DNA of 64,000 bases from the NCBI GenBank assembly GCA_024762535.1, contig JANTHG010000001.1, forward strand, positions 211-64,210, in the 5' to 3' direction. A program made the position numbers and the translations under genes. The DNA comes from Calditrichaceae bacterium (lineage in GTDB: Bacteria; Calditrichota; Calditrichia; Calditrichales; Calditrichaceae). Each line of letters begins with the position of its first letter. Positions within the stretch are counted from its first letter, which is position 1. Under the pieces are notes generated by a model that searched no databases, was not told where the DNA came from, and saw only the letters and a list, made by a program, of their open reading frames with translations. This document shows, piece after piece, positions 46,897 through 57,078 of the stretch.

Positions 46897-47313
46897 TTAG
46901 AAAAACGAAGCGTGTTCCACTTTCATGCAAGCATCCATTACCACATCCAAACCGGCGTCTAAGGCCAGTTGAGCCGCTGCTTCATTCACAATACCTGACT
47001 GCATCCAAATAACTTTGGCCTTTATGCGAATCGCTTCTTCTACTATGGGTAAAATATGTTCGGAACGTCGAAAAATATCCACTATTTCCACGGGTTCGTT
47101 TATGGCGGAAAGTGTTGGGAAACAGGTCTCATTGAGGATTTTCTGATGACCCGGATTAACCGGAATGATACGGTATCCGGCATCTTGTAAATAAGCGGCA
47201 ACAGAATGGCTGGCGCGGTACGGTTTGGGCGACAGACCGACCACAGCAACGGTTTTATATTTTGCTAAAAGTTTAGGTATATTTTGATTGACCCGTGTCC
47301 AGACAGGATTCAT
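46897..47313 (-). CDS. CoA-binding domain protein (YccU/YneT-like)
   Basis: KTVAVVGLSPKPYRASHSVAAYLQDAGYRIIPVNP. Confidence 0.85.
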   Translation of the reverse strand: MNPVWTRVNQNIPKLLAKYKTVAVVGLSPKPYRASHSVAAYLQDAGYRIIPVNPGHQKILNETCFPTLSAINEPVEIVDIFRRSEHILPIVEEAIRIKAKVIWMQSGIVNEAAAQLALDAGLDVVMDACMKVEHASFF

Positions 47314-47315
47314 TT

Positions 47316-48158
47316 TTAGTTCTCTTTCGAAAGTAATGCTTTTATTTTTTCGGCCTGTTCCGGGCGGAATTCCCTTTTATTGAGTAGGTAGCGGGCTAAA
47401 GCCACATACAAATCGTATTCAGTCTGTAAATCCGGTTGTGTTAACAATTGTAAATGGTCTTTAATGGTTTGCGCATCACCGCGCTGTAACGGACCGCTTA
47501 AAATATCAAACGCAGATTGATTTTCAAAATTCCGCTGCACCTGTCGGATGAGTGGCTGGAGCAGTTGTGTGTCCAGGTTTTCCCGGGTTAACAGGCTTTC
47601 GGCAGCGGCAAACAGAGCCACCGAATAATTGGCTGCAAACACAGCTGCGCAATGCAGGGTTTGTTTTTGCCGGGCCGTAACAGGAATAAGTTTGGCCCGG
47701 AGTGTTTTGCAAAGAATTTGCATCTCTTTTACTGCCTGTGCTGCACCGGAAAAAGTGCAAAAAACAGAATGCCAGTATTCCGGTGGTTGAAATGGGCTGC
47801 TAAAGGTTTGCAGGGGATGCAAACTGCCGGTAAGGGCGCCGCGCTTTTCGAGGGGATTTAAAATCGCAATCGGTGTGTTGCCGGAAGTGTGCACAACAAT
47901 GGTTTGTTTCAGAGAAAACGGTTTTAGACCGGATACTACTTGAACAATAGCATCATCCGGTACTACAATAAAAATAATATCCGTATTCTGAATCATTTCT
48001 GCAGAAAGCGTAGCAACAAATTCTGCCGGGTCGTTAAGGAAATCCGCTGCCTCGGGATTTTGGTCCGTAATTTGTACCCGATAGGAAGGGTTGTTTTTTA
48101 GAGCGCGGTACAGGCTGCTGCCCAGTTTTCCGCATCCGATAATCAGAATTGATTTCAT
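47316..48158 (-). CDS. Rossmann-fold NAD(P)-binding protein with DUF2520-like C-terminal domain
   Basis: MKSILIIGCGKLGSSL is the dinucleotide-binding motif. The architecture resembles ProC/ketopantoate-reductase-like proteins. It is separated by 2 nt from the CoA-binding gene. Confidence 0.7.
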   Translation of the reverse strand: MKSILIIGCGKLGSSLYRALKNNPSYRVQITDQNPEAADFLNDPAEFVATLSAEMIQNTDIIFIVVPDDAIVQVVSGLKPFSLKQTIVVHTSGNTPIAILNPLEKRGALTGSLHPLQTFSSPFQPPEYWHSVFCTFSGAAQAVKEMQILCKTLRAKLIPVTARQKQTLHCAAVFAANYSVALFAAAESLLTRENLDTQLLQPLIRQVQRNFENQSAFDILSGPLQRGDAQTIKDHLQLLTQPDLQTEYDLYVALARYLLNKREFRPEQAEKIKALLSKEN

Positions 48159-48189
48159 AGAAAAAAAGAGATTCCCGCAGGAATCTCAT

Positions 48190-48460
48190 TAGCCTGAATT
48201 GAGCGATTCCCTCGTCATCGCGAATCGTTGTTGTGGTTTCTGCCATAACGTCCCACCTATCAAGGGGGGACTAAGGGGGGTGTTTTTTTTAATGGACAAT
48301 TATTGCATTGTACAGATTTTACAACCCCCTACCCCCTTTGCTAAGGGGGGATTGAGCGACAGCGACGTGGCGTTCCCCTGAGGGCTTACTTCGCTCCTTC
48401 ATCGCTCGCAATGATTTTATTGTATTGGGTTTATATCAACAATTGCTCGAGTTAAGTTTA
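48190..48460. repeat. composite intergenic repeat cluster, copy C (inverted relative to A/B) plus G-rich module
   Basis: Copy C shares modules with copies A and B, all in reverse complement:
- 48425-48450 corresponds to 32651-32676.
- 48405-48414 is the reverse complement of TCATTGCGAG.
- 48363-48379 is the reverse complement of AGGGGAACGCCACGTCG.
- G-rich arms CAAGGGGGGACTAAGGGGGG (48261-48280) and AACCCCCTACCCCCTTT (48323-48339) form an imperfect inverted repeat. Confidence 0.65.
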
Positions 48461-48470
48461 TGCTATTTGA

Positions 48471-49832
48471 TTAAAAACGGCTTAAACTGTCTTCACCGCC
48501 CACATATTTATCTTTTGGGAAGAAACGCATGTAGATTATATCGCTAAAAGCGATGGCTTCCTTGGAATAGGGATTAATGCCGCGTTCGTAAAATTCATCG
48601 TCAATCACGCGTGAAGCATCTTTCCAGGTTGCAAGTGCATTGAGATGGTCCACAAAATCTACAAATTCGTTTTCTTTTTTCTTAAAGAGTTTTTTGATAA
48701 TTTTTTTACGAATCCGGCCTTTAATCATTTCATGTAAATCTTCCAAAGGACTGTCAGAAGAAATCTGTTTGGCCACAAAATCGGCTAAATCATTTGCCAC
48801 TTTTTCCGATACTTCGGGCTCAGCCTCTTCTTCCATAGTGGGTTCCGGTTCCGGTTGAGCAACCTCTTCTTCGTCTTCCTGTTCAATTTCCTCTTCTTCT
48901 TCCAGTTCTAATTCGTCCTCTGCTTCCTCTTCTTCTAACTGGATGGTTGTTTCGGGAACATCAAATTCGGAAAGGGAAATTTCCGGTGCGGCTGTTTCGA
49001 TGGATTCCATATGGTCGAATCCCAGAATTTCGGTTTTTTCGGCCACTTCTTCAGTGGTGAATCCCGGCAGACTGCCGTCACGCAACAGGGTTTCCAATTC
49101 ATCAAAGGTGAGCTGGGATTTGTTTCCTGTGTTTTCAACGGATTTAATCAACTGGTAAAAATCGTCGATTTTACGGTCACGGAAAATAGCGGCCAGTACG
49201 TCCGTGGGCAAAGATGTAACCGATTCATTCTGCGCTTCGCTTAAAAATTCCATGATGGTTTTTACGGTTTTCAACGCGGTATCGGCGCGTAGTTCTTCAA
49301 AGGTTTTTCGGTCAATTTCTTCAATTAACGAAACAAACTGGTCCTGCGAGATTTCGCGCATATATTTCAGATTGAAATATTCGGAAATAGCTGTTTTGTA
49401 ATAATCGAAACGAAAAAAATATTTGAGGGTATCGTACACTTCCATAGTGGAAATACGCGGACTGTCCTTAAACAAAAACTGGGTCAAAGTACGGTGCGGT
49501 TCCAGCATATAATTCATCTGTAGTTTTACTGCCCGTTCCAGCAAATGGTTAAATTTGGTTATATGAAAGGTCGCATTCTGTTTTAGTAAATCGAAAATCT
49601 GGTCTATCAACATACGCACCTGGGGCATATCGTAATCGAACCGTTCGGTAGATGTAAATTTTTCTTCTTCTTCCCGCAGCCAAATTTCCACTTCCTGGTC
49701 AAAGAAATGTTTAATGGAATCCGGAATATCCAACTGCATAATATATGCAAGCGGAATGGATTGCATATTGGGGTCGGTTACAATATCATTTTGCAACCGG
49801 GTGAGAAATGTATCCTTAACGTGGTCGAGCAT
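48471..49832 (-). CDS. hypothetical 453-aa protein with a poly-acidic central tract
   Basis: Long ORF with ordinary-looking codon usage. The central segment is LEEEEAEDELELEEEEEIEQEDEEEVAQPEPEPTMEEEAEPE. A basic patch RIRKKIIKKLFKKKE follows. No signal peptide and no motif I can name. Confidence 0.6.
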   Translation of the reverse strand: MLDHVKDTFLTRLQNDIVTDPNMQSIPLAYIMQLDIPDSIKHFFDQEVEIWLREEEEKFTSTERFDYDMPQVRMLIDQIFDLLKQNATFHITKFNHLLERAVKLQMNYMLEPHRTLTQFLFKDSPRISTMEVYDTLKYFFRFDYYKTAISEYFNLKYMREISQDQFVSLIEEIDRKTFEELRADTALKTVKTIMEFLSEAQNESVTSLPTDVLAAIFRDRKIDDFYQLIKSVENTGNKSQLTFDELETLLRDGSLPGFTTEEVAEKTEILGFDHMESIETAAPEISLSEFDVPETTIQLEEEEAEDELELEEEEEIEQEDEEEVAQPEPEPTMEEEAEPEVSEKVANDLADFVAKQISSDSPLEDLHEMIKGRIRKKIIKKLFKKKENEFVDFVDHLNALATWKDASRVIDDEFYERGINPYSKEAIAFSDIIYMRFFPKDKYVGGEDSLSRF

Positions 49833-50227
49833 AAAACGAACCCTTCATTTGTTTTTACGTTGTAAGCTATTAATATAACAGGATTTCGCCAAAGGAGCAA
49901 GGTGTTTCGCTTTTGGGAGTGCCAATTCTTTCAATCACATTCTTTATGTGTGGATTAGAAAATAAATACGCTCTCATTCATCTTTTAATAAAGGGGCATT
50001 GTGGGGTAGATGGTTTCTTGCTGAGTAACCCATTGCTAACGCTCAATGCACAATATCCCATTCATAATTTTTAAGTCAAAATTCTTAATTAAAATATCCA
50101 ATTTGTTTTGTACTCAGCTAAACGACTAAATGGGGTACTCCCGTACATCATTTTTTTATGTTTCACTGATTATTTTTTCTTATATTAAAAATTGTGCCGA
50201 AAATAATAGAAACAGGAAAATGTATTT

Positions 50228-52081
50228 ATGTCAGAAACACAATTTAAATATACAGAAGACAGCATCCGCACTTTAGACTGGCGCGAACACATCCGTTTGC
50301 GGCCGGGGATGTATATCGGCAAGCTGGGCGATGGCTCGTCGCCCGATGACGGAATTTATGTGCTGCTTAAAGAAACCGTGGATAATGCTATCGACGAATT
50401 TATGATGGGCTTTGGCAAAACCATTGAAATCGATGTAAGTGAACACAATGCCCGGGTGCGCGATTATGGCCGCGGCATTCCTCTCGGCAAAGTGTACGCC
50501 TGTGTGGCGCAAATTAACACGGGTGGTAAATACGACACCGAAGCCTTTCAGAAATCCATTGGTTTAAACGGCGTGGGTACCAAAGCGGTAAATGCCTTAT
50601 CTGAATATTTTTTGGTGCAATCTGTACGGGACGGACGCACAAAGATTCAGGAATTTGAACGGGGCGAACTGAGCAAAGACCATAAAGAGAAAAAATGCGA
50701 TGAGAAAAACGGCACCCTGGTGCAGTTCCGGCCGGATGTTGAGATATTTAAAAAATACCGGTTTTTGCCGGAATTCATAGAAAATCAGGTTTGGAATTAT
50801 GTGTACCTGAATGCCGGTCTCACCATTGTGTTCAATAAAAAACGGTATTATTCCAAAAACGGGCTGATGGATTTAATCGCCCGTAAAACCGACCCGGAAT
50901 CGCTGCGCTACCCGATAATTCATTTCAAATCCAAAGATATCGAAGTGGCGTTAACCCACGGCACGCAATATGGCGAAGAGTATTATTCCTTTGTTAACGG
51001 GCAAAATACCAGTCAGGGCGGTACCCATCTCGCTGCATTCCGCGAGGGAATTGTGAAAACGGTGCGCGAATTCTACAAAAAAGAGTATGATGCTACCGAT
51101 ATCCGCGCCTCTATTGTGGGCGCCATCAGCTTGCGCATTCAGGAGCCGGTGTTCGAATCGCAAACCAAAACGAGGCTGGGTTCCACGCATATGTATCCGG
51201 ACGGGCCTTCGGTGCGTAATTATATTGTGGATTTTATGCGCAAGGAGCTGGACGACTATCTGCACAAACACAGCGAAGTGGCCGAAGCACTGCTCAAACG
51301 GATTCAGCAATCCGAACGGGAACGAAAAGATATGGCCGGCATCAAAAAACTGGCCAACCAGCGCGCAAAGAAAGCCAATCTGCACAATAAAAAATTACGT
51401 GATTGCCGCATTCATTACACGGATGTGAACAAAGAAGAGCGCTTTGACAGCACCATTTTTATCACAGAAGGCGACTCTGCTTCGGGCTCGCTCACCAAAT
51501 CGCGCAATGTGCAAACGCAGGCTGTGTTCAGTTTGCGCGGCAAGCCGCTGAATGCGTTTGGCCTCACTAAAAAAGTGGTTTACCAGAATGAAGAATTCAA
51601 TCTGCTGCAGCATGCGCTGAATATCGAAAACGGCATTGAGGATTTGCGTTACAATAATATAGTTATCGCTACGGATGCGGATGTGGACGGAATGCACATC
51701 CGGCTGTTATTGATGACCTTCTTTTTACAATTCTTTCCGGACCTGGTGAAAAACGGTCACGTGTATATTTTGGAAACGCCGCTTTTCCGCGTACGTAATA
51801 AATCCAAAACCATCTATTGTTACAGCGAAGAAGAAAAACTGGCCGCTGTACAGGAAATCGGTAAAAACGCGGAAATCACCCGCTTTAAAGGTCTGGGTGA
51901 AATTTCACCGGCCGAGTTTGGCAAATTTATTGGCGAAGACATTCGTCTGGAACCGCTGCTGCTCGAAGAACAAACCTCGGTTCCCAAATTATTGCAATAT
52001 TTTATGGGCAAGAATACACCGCAGCGGCAGGAGTTTATCATCGAAAATTTACGTATCGAAAAAGATACGGTAGAAAATTAA
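50228..52081 (+). CDS. parE: DNA topoisomerase IV subunit B (type IIA topoisomerase ATPase subunit)
   Basis: [37 protein letters not shown] and the Toprim motifs ITEGDSA and [11 protein letters not shown]. The short 617-aa form with the SLDW..HIR N-terminus matches Bacteroidota-type ParE rather than GyrB. Confidence 0.8.
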   Translation: MSETQFKYTEDSIRTLDWREHIRLRPGMYIGKLGDGSSPDDGIYVLLKETVDNAIDEFMMGFGKTIEIDVSEHNARVRDYGRGIPLGKVYACVAQINTGGKYDTEAFQKSIGLNGVGTKAVNALSEYFLVQSVRDGRTKIQEFERGELSKDHKEKKCDEKNGTLVQFRPDVEIFKKYRFLPEFIENQVWNYVYLNAGLTIVFNKKRYYSKNGLMDLIARKTDPESLRYPIIHFKSKDIEVALTHGTQYGEEYYSFVNGQNTSQGGTHLAAFREGIVKTVREFYKKEYDATDIRASIVGAISLRIQEPVFESQTKTRLGSTHMYPDGPSVRNYIVDFMRKELDDYLHKHSEVAEALLKRIQQSERERKDMAGIKKLANQRAKKANLHNKKLRDCRIHYTDVNKEERFDSTIFITEGDSASGSLTKSRNVQTQAVFSLRGKPLNAFGLTKKVVYQNEEFNLLQHALNIENGIEDLRYNNIVIATDADVDGMHIRLLLMTFFLQFFPDLVKNGHVYILETPLFRVRNKSKTIYCYSEEEKLAAVQEIGKNAEITRFKGLGEISPAEFGKFIGEDIRLEPLLLEEQTSVPKLLQYFMGKNTPQRQEFIIENLRIEKDTVEN

Positions 52082-52091
52082 GGAAGAAACA

Positions 52092-54698
52092 GTGGCGACG
52101 GAAGACAATACAGTAGAACCGGAAACAATGGAAAACGGCCAATTGGGAAAAACGGTTCACGTTAAAGAACACTACAAAACCTGGTTTTTGGATTACGCTT
52201 CTTATGTGATTCTGGAACGTGCGGTTCCGGATATTAACGACGGTTTAAAGCCGGTACAGCGGCGCATTTTGCATTCTATGAAACGCATGGATGACGGCCG
52301 CTTCAATAAAGTGGCCAACATCATCGGCCATACGATGCAATTCCATCCACACGGCGATGCAGCCATTGGCGAAGCGATTGTCAATTTGGGGCAAAAGGAT
52401 TTGCTGATAGAAACCCAGGGTAACTGGGGCGATATGCGCACCGGCGACCGTTCGGCCGCTCCGCGTTATATCGAAGCGCGTTTATCCAAATTCGCTTTGG
52501 AAGTGGCTTTTAATCCGCAAACTACGGAATGGCAGCTTTCGTACGACGGCCGAAAAAACGAGCCGGTACATTTACCCATGAAATTCCCCCTTTTGCTGGC
52601 ACAGGGCGCCGAAGGTATTGCCGTGGGGCTGGCAACCAAAATTATGCCACATAATTTCAATGAACTTATAGACGCTTCTATTGAAATTCTAAAAGGGAAC
52701 GAAGTAGAAATCTTTCCCGATTTTCCACACGGCGGTTTGGCGGATTTCAGCAATTACAATCAGGGTATGCGCGGCGGGAAAATCCGTTTACGCGCTAATA
52801 TTGAAATGGTGGATAAAAAAACACTGGCCATTCGTTCGGTTCCTTACGGCACAACCACCAGTAATTTGATGGATTCCATCGTAAAAGCCAATGACAACGG
52901 TAAAATCAAGATTAAACGGGTAACGGACAATACAGCCAAAGATGTGGAAATATTAATCGATTTACCGGCCGGAGTCTCTCCGGATGTTACGATGGATGCT
53001 TTGTATGCCTTTACCGATTGCGAACTGTCCATTAGCCCCAATTGCTGTGTGATTGTCAACGAAAAGCCTCGCTTTTTGCCGGTGAATGAAGTGTTGAAGA
53101 TTTCAACATTCCGCACTAAGGATTTGCTGGAATGGGAACTGAATATCAAAAAAGACGAGCTTTCGGAAAAATATTTCTTTTCTTCTTTGGAAAAGATTTT
53201 CATTGAAAACCGCATCTATCACGATATTGAAGAGAGCGAATCGTGGGAAGAAGTGCTGGAAACCATTGACAAAGGGTTGGAACCGTACAAAAAACAATTG
53301 CTGCGGGAAGTAACGGAAGAAGACATCATTAAGCTCACGGAAATCAAAATTAAACGAATTTCCAAATACAATTCCTTTAAAGCCGATGAACTGATGCGTA
53401 ACCTGCAGGATGAAATAAAACAGGTAGAGCACGACCTGGCGCATTTAACGGATTTTACCATCGCGTATTTTGAACATTTGCGCCAAAAATACGGCAAAGG
53501 TAAAGACCGTAAAACCGAAATCCGTTCCTTTGACACCATTCAGGTGGCGCAGGTAGCGGTGGCCAATCGCAAACTGTACGTGAATCGTAAAGAAGGGTTT
53601 GTGGGCTACGGACTTAAAAAAGACGAACTGATTGGCGAATGTTCGGATATGGACGATGTCATCGTTTTCCTTAAGGAAGGAAAGTTTAAAGTAATTCGCG
53701 TTTCGGATAAAACGTATGTGGGAAAAGACATCCTGTACGCCGCGGTCTGGAAAAAAGGCGATGAACGTATGGTGTACAATCTGGTGTATTACGATGCTAA
53801 ATCGGGAAAGAGTTTTGCCAAACGCTTTAATGTCACCTCTATTATCCGGGATAAATTTTATGATGTTACCCGTGGCGGCAAGGGCTCTAAAATTCTCTAC
53901 TTTACCGCTAATCCCAACAGTGAGTCCGAAATCGTTACCGTGCTGCTAAGTCCTTCTTCCCGGGCGCGGAAAAAAGTGTTCGAATTCAACTTTGGCGAAC
54001 TGGCCATAAAAGGCCGCGGCGCGCAGGGCAACACATTAACCCGTTACGCGGTGCGGAAAATCTCGCAAAAGGAAAGCGGCGCATCCACTTTGGGCGGGAT
54101 GGATATCTGGTTCGATGAAACCGTTGGCCGATTAAACCGCGATGGCAGGGGGCAGCTCCTGGGAAGTTTCGACAACGGCGATTTGATTATGGCTGTGTAT
54201 AAAGACGGTGTTGTGGATTTTACGGATTATGATTTAACCAATCACTATGATATCGGCCGGTTGCTGCATATCGAAAAATTTAATCCGGAAACAGTGATTT
54301 CCGCAGTGCACTACGATGGCTCTGCCAAGAATTTTTATGTAAAACGGTTTAAAGTGGAAAATGCCGCAAAAGGCCGCAGCTATTCCTTTATCAGCGAACA
54401 TAAAGGTTCGAGCCTGCTTGCGGTGAGTACCGCGCCGGAACCGGTGATAGAACTGGAATATTTAAAAGGACGCCAAAAGGAAAAAATAACCGAACAAGTG
54501 GCGCTGAATGATATTGTAACCGTAAAGGGAATTAAGGCGCGCGGTAACCGGCTTAGTTCTTACCGGGTGGTTTACGCGGATATTCTTAAAAGCGAACCGG
54601 CGTCCGCAACCGGAGCGGCCGGAAACAAGGATAGCGATGAAAAGAAAAAAGATGCTCCCAAACCCGACACGGGTAAAGAACAATTGAAACTGTTTTAA
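52092..54698 (+). CDS. parC: DNA topoisomerase IV subunit A
   Basis: GTG start. DGLKPVQRRILHSM, HPHGD and the AAPRYIEARL active-site Tyr are present. It lies directly downstream of the B subunit and has a Lys/Asp-rich tail. Confidence 0.8.
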   Translation: MATEDNTVEPETMENGQLGKTVHVKEHYKTWFLDYASYVILERAVPDINDGLKPVQRRILHSMKRMDDGRFNKVANIIGHTMQFHPHGDAAIGEAIVNLGQKDLLIETQGNWGDMRTGDRSAAPRYIEARLSKFALEVAFNPQTTEWQLSYDGRKNEPVHLPMKFPLLLAQGAEGIAVGLATKIMPHNFNELIDASIEILKGNEVEIFPDFPHGGLADFSNYNQGMRGGKIRLRANIEMVDKKTLAIRSVPYGTTTSNLMDSIVKANDNGKIKIKRVTDNTAKDVEILIDLPAGVSPDVTMDALYAFTDCELSISPNCCVIVNEKPRFLPVNEVLKISTFRTKDLLEWELNIKKDELSEKYFFSSLEKIFIENRIYHDIEESESWEEVLETIDKGLEPYKKQLLREVTEEDIIKLTEIKIKRISKYNSFKADELMRNLQDEIKQVEHDLAHLTDFTIAYFEHLRQKYGKGKDRKTEIRSFDTIQVAQVAVANRKLYVNRKEGFVGYGLKKDELIGECSDMDDVIVFLKEGKFKVIRVSDKTYVGKDILYAAVWKKGDERMVYNLVYYDAKSGKSFAKRFNVTSIIRDKFYDVTRGGKGSKILYFTANPNSESEIVTVLLSPSSRARKKVFEFNFGELAIKGRGAQGNTLTRYAVRKISQKESGASTLGGMDIWFDETVGRLNRDGRGQLLGSFDNGDLIMAVYKDGVVDFTDYDLTNHYDIGRLLHIEKFNPETVISAVHYDGSAKNFYVKRFKVENAAKGRSYSFISEHKGSSLLAVSTAPEPVIELEYLKGRQKEKITEQVALNDIVTVKGIKARGNRLSSYRVVYADILKSEPASATGAAGNKDSDEKKKDAPKPDTGKEQLKLF

Positions 54699-54704
54699 GC
54701 TGAT

Positions 54705-54795
54705 TTGAGGGGGGATTGGAGTGGATGTTCGGGCAAGAGGTTGGGAAAATAATTTCAGCAATTGAACTTTCCCCCCTACCAAGGGGAATCCGGTA
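54705..54795. repeat. partial copy of the G-rich repeat module
   Basis: GAGGGGGGATTGGA (54707-54720) and CCCCCCTACCAAGGGG (54771-54786) match AAGGGGGGATTGAG and CCCCCTACCCCC at 48.3 kb. Confidence 0.4.
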
Positions 54796-54824
54796 CAAGA
54801 CCGTCATAAAAAGTGGGGTTTATC

Positions 54825-56723
54825 ATGAAAAAAAATCTTGTTATCTTAAACATTTTACTGTTAGCGGTCGTCAGTCTGGCGCAGTCTATGCTGCCTGTTC
54901 CGCTCAATTTCCGGCCTGCTTACGAAAAAGGCACACGTTCATTTGACGGAAGACCCGGCGCGAACTACTGGACCAATTCCGCGGATTACCAAATCAATGT
55001 GTCCCTCAACCCCCGGACGCATCTGCTTAAAGGAAACGGGCAGATTACCTACCATAACAACAGTCCCGATACGCTGCGTCAAATTGTGTTACGCAGTTAT
55101 ACCGATATTTTTCGTCGGGGAACAATGCGCGACTGGCCGGTGGACAGCGCCGATGTAGGCCACCCCATGCAGATTGATTTTTTGAAAGTGAATGACAGCG
55201 CCATTGCCATCAGCGGTGAACGTAACCGCCTGCGCCGCAGAGGCACCAATATGTTCCTGAAATTACCCAAAGCCCTACCGCCCCAATCCGATATTCAATT
55301 AAATATCGGCTGGCAAATGATTTTCCCCTTTAAAACGCACCTGCGTATGGGCGCTTACGATTCCACTTCCTTTTTTGTGGGCTACTGGTATCCGCAAATC
55401 GCAGTATATGATGACATCGACGGCTGGGATATTTTTAACTACGGCGGCTTGCAGGAATTTTACAATGATTGTAATAATTTTGATGTGCACATTTCCGTAC
55501 CAAAGCATTTTGTGGTATGGGCGACGGGTGTGCTGCAAAATCCGAAACAGCTGCTGCCCAAAACCATTTACAAACGTTATGAACAGGCGCTGACCTCCGA
55601 TAAAATTGTGCATGTGCTGGATTCCACTGACGTGGCTACGCGCCGCTATGAGGTGAATCCCGGAGCATTGCACTGGCATTTTAAGGCTGCCAAAGTACCG
55701 GATTTTGCTTTTGCCCTTTCCGACCATTATCTATGGGATATGGTCAGTTTAACGGTAGACCCGGACGCGGACCGGCGCATGACCATCCACGCTGCCTACA
55801 AAGCAAGCTCCAAAGATTTTTACGAAGTGGCGCAGATTGCCCGCGCTTCCCTGGATTATTATTCGCAGGAATTACCCGCAGTACCGTTTCCGTATCCGGA
55901 ACTCACCGTATTCAATGGCGGCGGTGGGATGGAATATCCCATGATGGTTAACGACGGCTCTTCTTCCCGCCATTCCGGAACCGTGCATGTTACTTCGCAC
56001 GAAATCGCTCACAGTTATTTTCCCTTTTATATGGGCATTAATGAACGGAAATACGCCTGGATGGATGAAGGCTGGGCCACTATGCTGCCCTATGAATTGC
56101 AACACCGTTTGGAACCGACCTATGATCCGATTCAGCGCAGCATCGGACGCTATACGGCTGCCGCCGGCACGGAAATGGATATGCCCATGCGTGTGCCCAC
56201 CATTGTGTACGGACCCAATGCTTTTAGACCATCGTACCGTAACGAATCGTACAGCCGCAGCGGAGTTGCTTATTTAATGCTGCAAAATGTGTTGGGCAAA
56301 GAACGTTTCCGCCTGGCGATGCGCACGTATATTGCTCGCTGGCACTATAAACATCCTGTCCCGTATGATTTCTTTTTTACGTTTAACGAAGTAGCCGGAG
56401 AAGATTTGTCCTGGTTCTGGAAACCCTGGTTTTTCGATTTCGGTTATCCGGATTTACGGCTGAAGAATGCCGAACAAAAAGACGGATTGTGGAATTTTAC
56501 AGTAGAAAAAATCGGCGCATTGCCAGTTCCGGTAAAATTAACTGTTACCACCGCAGACAGCAACCGGGTAAGCATTGATGCCAGCGCTTCGGTATGGAAA
56601 GACGGTAAAACAGAATTGGTGCTGCGCAAAAAAATAAGCGGTGAGGTTAAAGCAATCGAATTGGGCGGCCCGCACATCCCGGATGCGAATCCGGAAGATA
56701 ATAAAACGATTTTAGGAAAATGA
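54825..56723 (+). CDS. M1 family zinc metallopeptidase (aminopeptidase N-like), secreted
   Basis: HEIAHSYF...WMDEGWA is the HExxH-x18-E motif. Signal peptide MKKNLVILNILLLAVVSLAQS starts at ATG 54825. Confidence 0.88.
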   Translation: MKKNLVILNILLLAVVSLAQSMLPVPLNFRPAYEKGTRSFDGRPGANYWTNSADYQINVSLNPRTHLLKGNGQITYHNNSPDTLRQIVLRSYTDIFRRGTMRDWPVDSADVGHPMQIDFLKVNDSAIAISGERNRLRRRGTNMFLKLPKALPPQSDIQLNIGWQMIFPFKTHLRMGAYDSTSFFVGYWYPQIAVYDDIDGWDIFNYGGLQEFYNDCNNFDVHISVPKHFVVWATGVLQNPKQLLPKTIYKRYEQALTSDKIVHVLDSTDVATRRYEVNPGALHWHFKAAKVPDFAFALSDHYLWDMVSLTVDPDADRRMTIHAAYKASSKDFYEVAQIARASLDYYSQELPAVPFPYPELTVFNGGGGMEYPMMVNDGSSSRHSGTVHVTSHEIAHSYFPFYMGINERKYAWMDEGWATMLPYELQHRLEPTYDPIQRSIGRYTAAAGTEMDMPMRVPTIVYGPNAFRPSYRNESYSRSGVAYLMLQNVLGKERFRLAMRTYIARWHYKHPVPYDFFFTFNEVAGEDLSWFWKPWFFDFGYPDLRLKNAEQKDGLWNFTVEKIGALPVPVKLTVTTADSNRVSIDASASVWKDGKTELVLRKKISGEVKAIELGGPHIPDANPEDNKTILGK

Positions 56724-56935
56724 GAGATTTTAAATTTTGAATTTTAAATATGTGTACTCCGTTTATCCTCCGGCGGAAGTGAATATTCAAATAGCAAGAA
56801 TCAATTAACAAACAATAAGCAAAATATAATTTTAACTGCGGAAAAATTGTATTTACGGATGCGCCACACAGCCCCCCCAAAAGTGTTGGTGTGTAAAAGA
56901 TGATAAGTGGCGGGGATTGTTTCGCCTCGCCTTTT
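56724..56935. repeat. partial repeat cluster (AT-rich GATTTTAAATTTTGAATTTTAAAT module plus GGGGATTGTTTCGCC module)
   Basis: 56726-56750 resembles 32581-32604. GGCGGGGATTGTTTCGCCTCGCC near 56908-56930 resembles the reverse complement of the GAAGCAATCCCC module. Confidence 0.4.
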
Positions 56936-57078
56936 TGAAAAATTTATTTGCAATTTGTGATTTTTCTTCCTTTTATCCCCCCTTTTTTTTATATATTCCT
57001 TTAGAATCGGTGTAAAAATCTTTCTAAAATAACATGTTTGATTTGAACCCCAAAAAGATTGATAAGATTGGAAAATGT

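Noticed and set aside
50228-54698. Calling the type IIA topoisomerase pair gyrB/gyrA
   Set aside because: The B subunit is short (617 aa) and starts with the [15 protein letters not shown] pattern typical of Bacteroidota-type ParE. The A subunit has no clear QRRGGKG GyrA box at the start of its C-terminal domain; TRGGKGSK occurs further in and is ambiguous. Topo IV is favoured but not proven.
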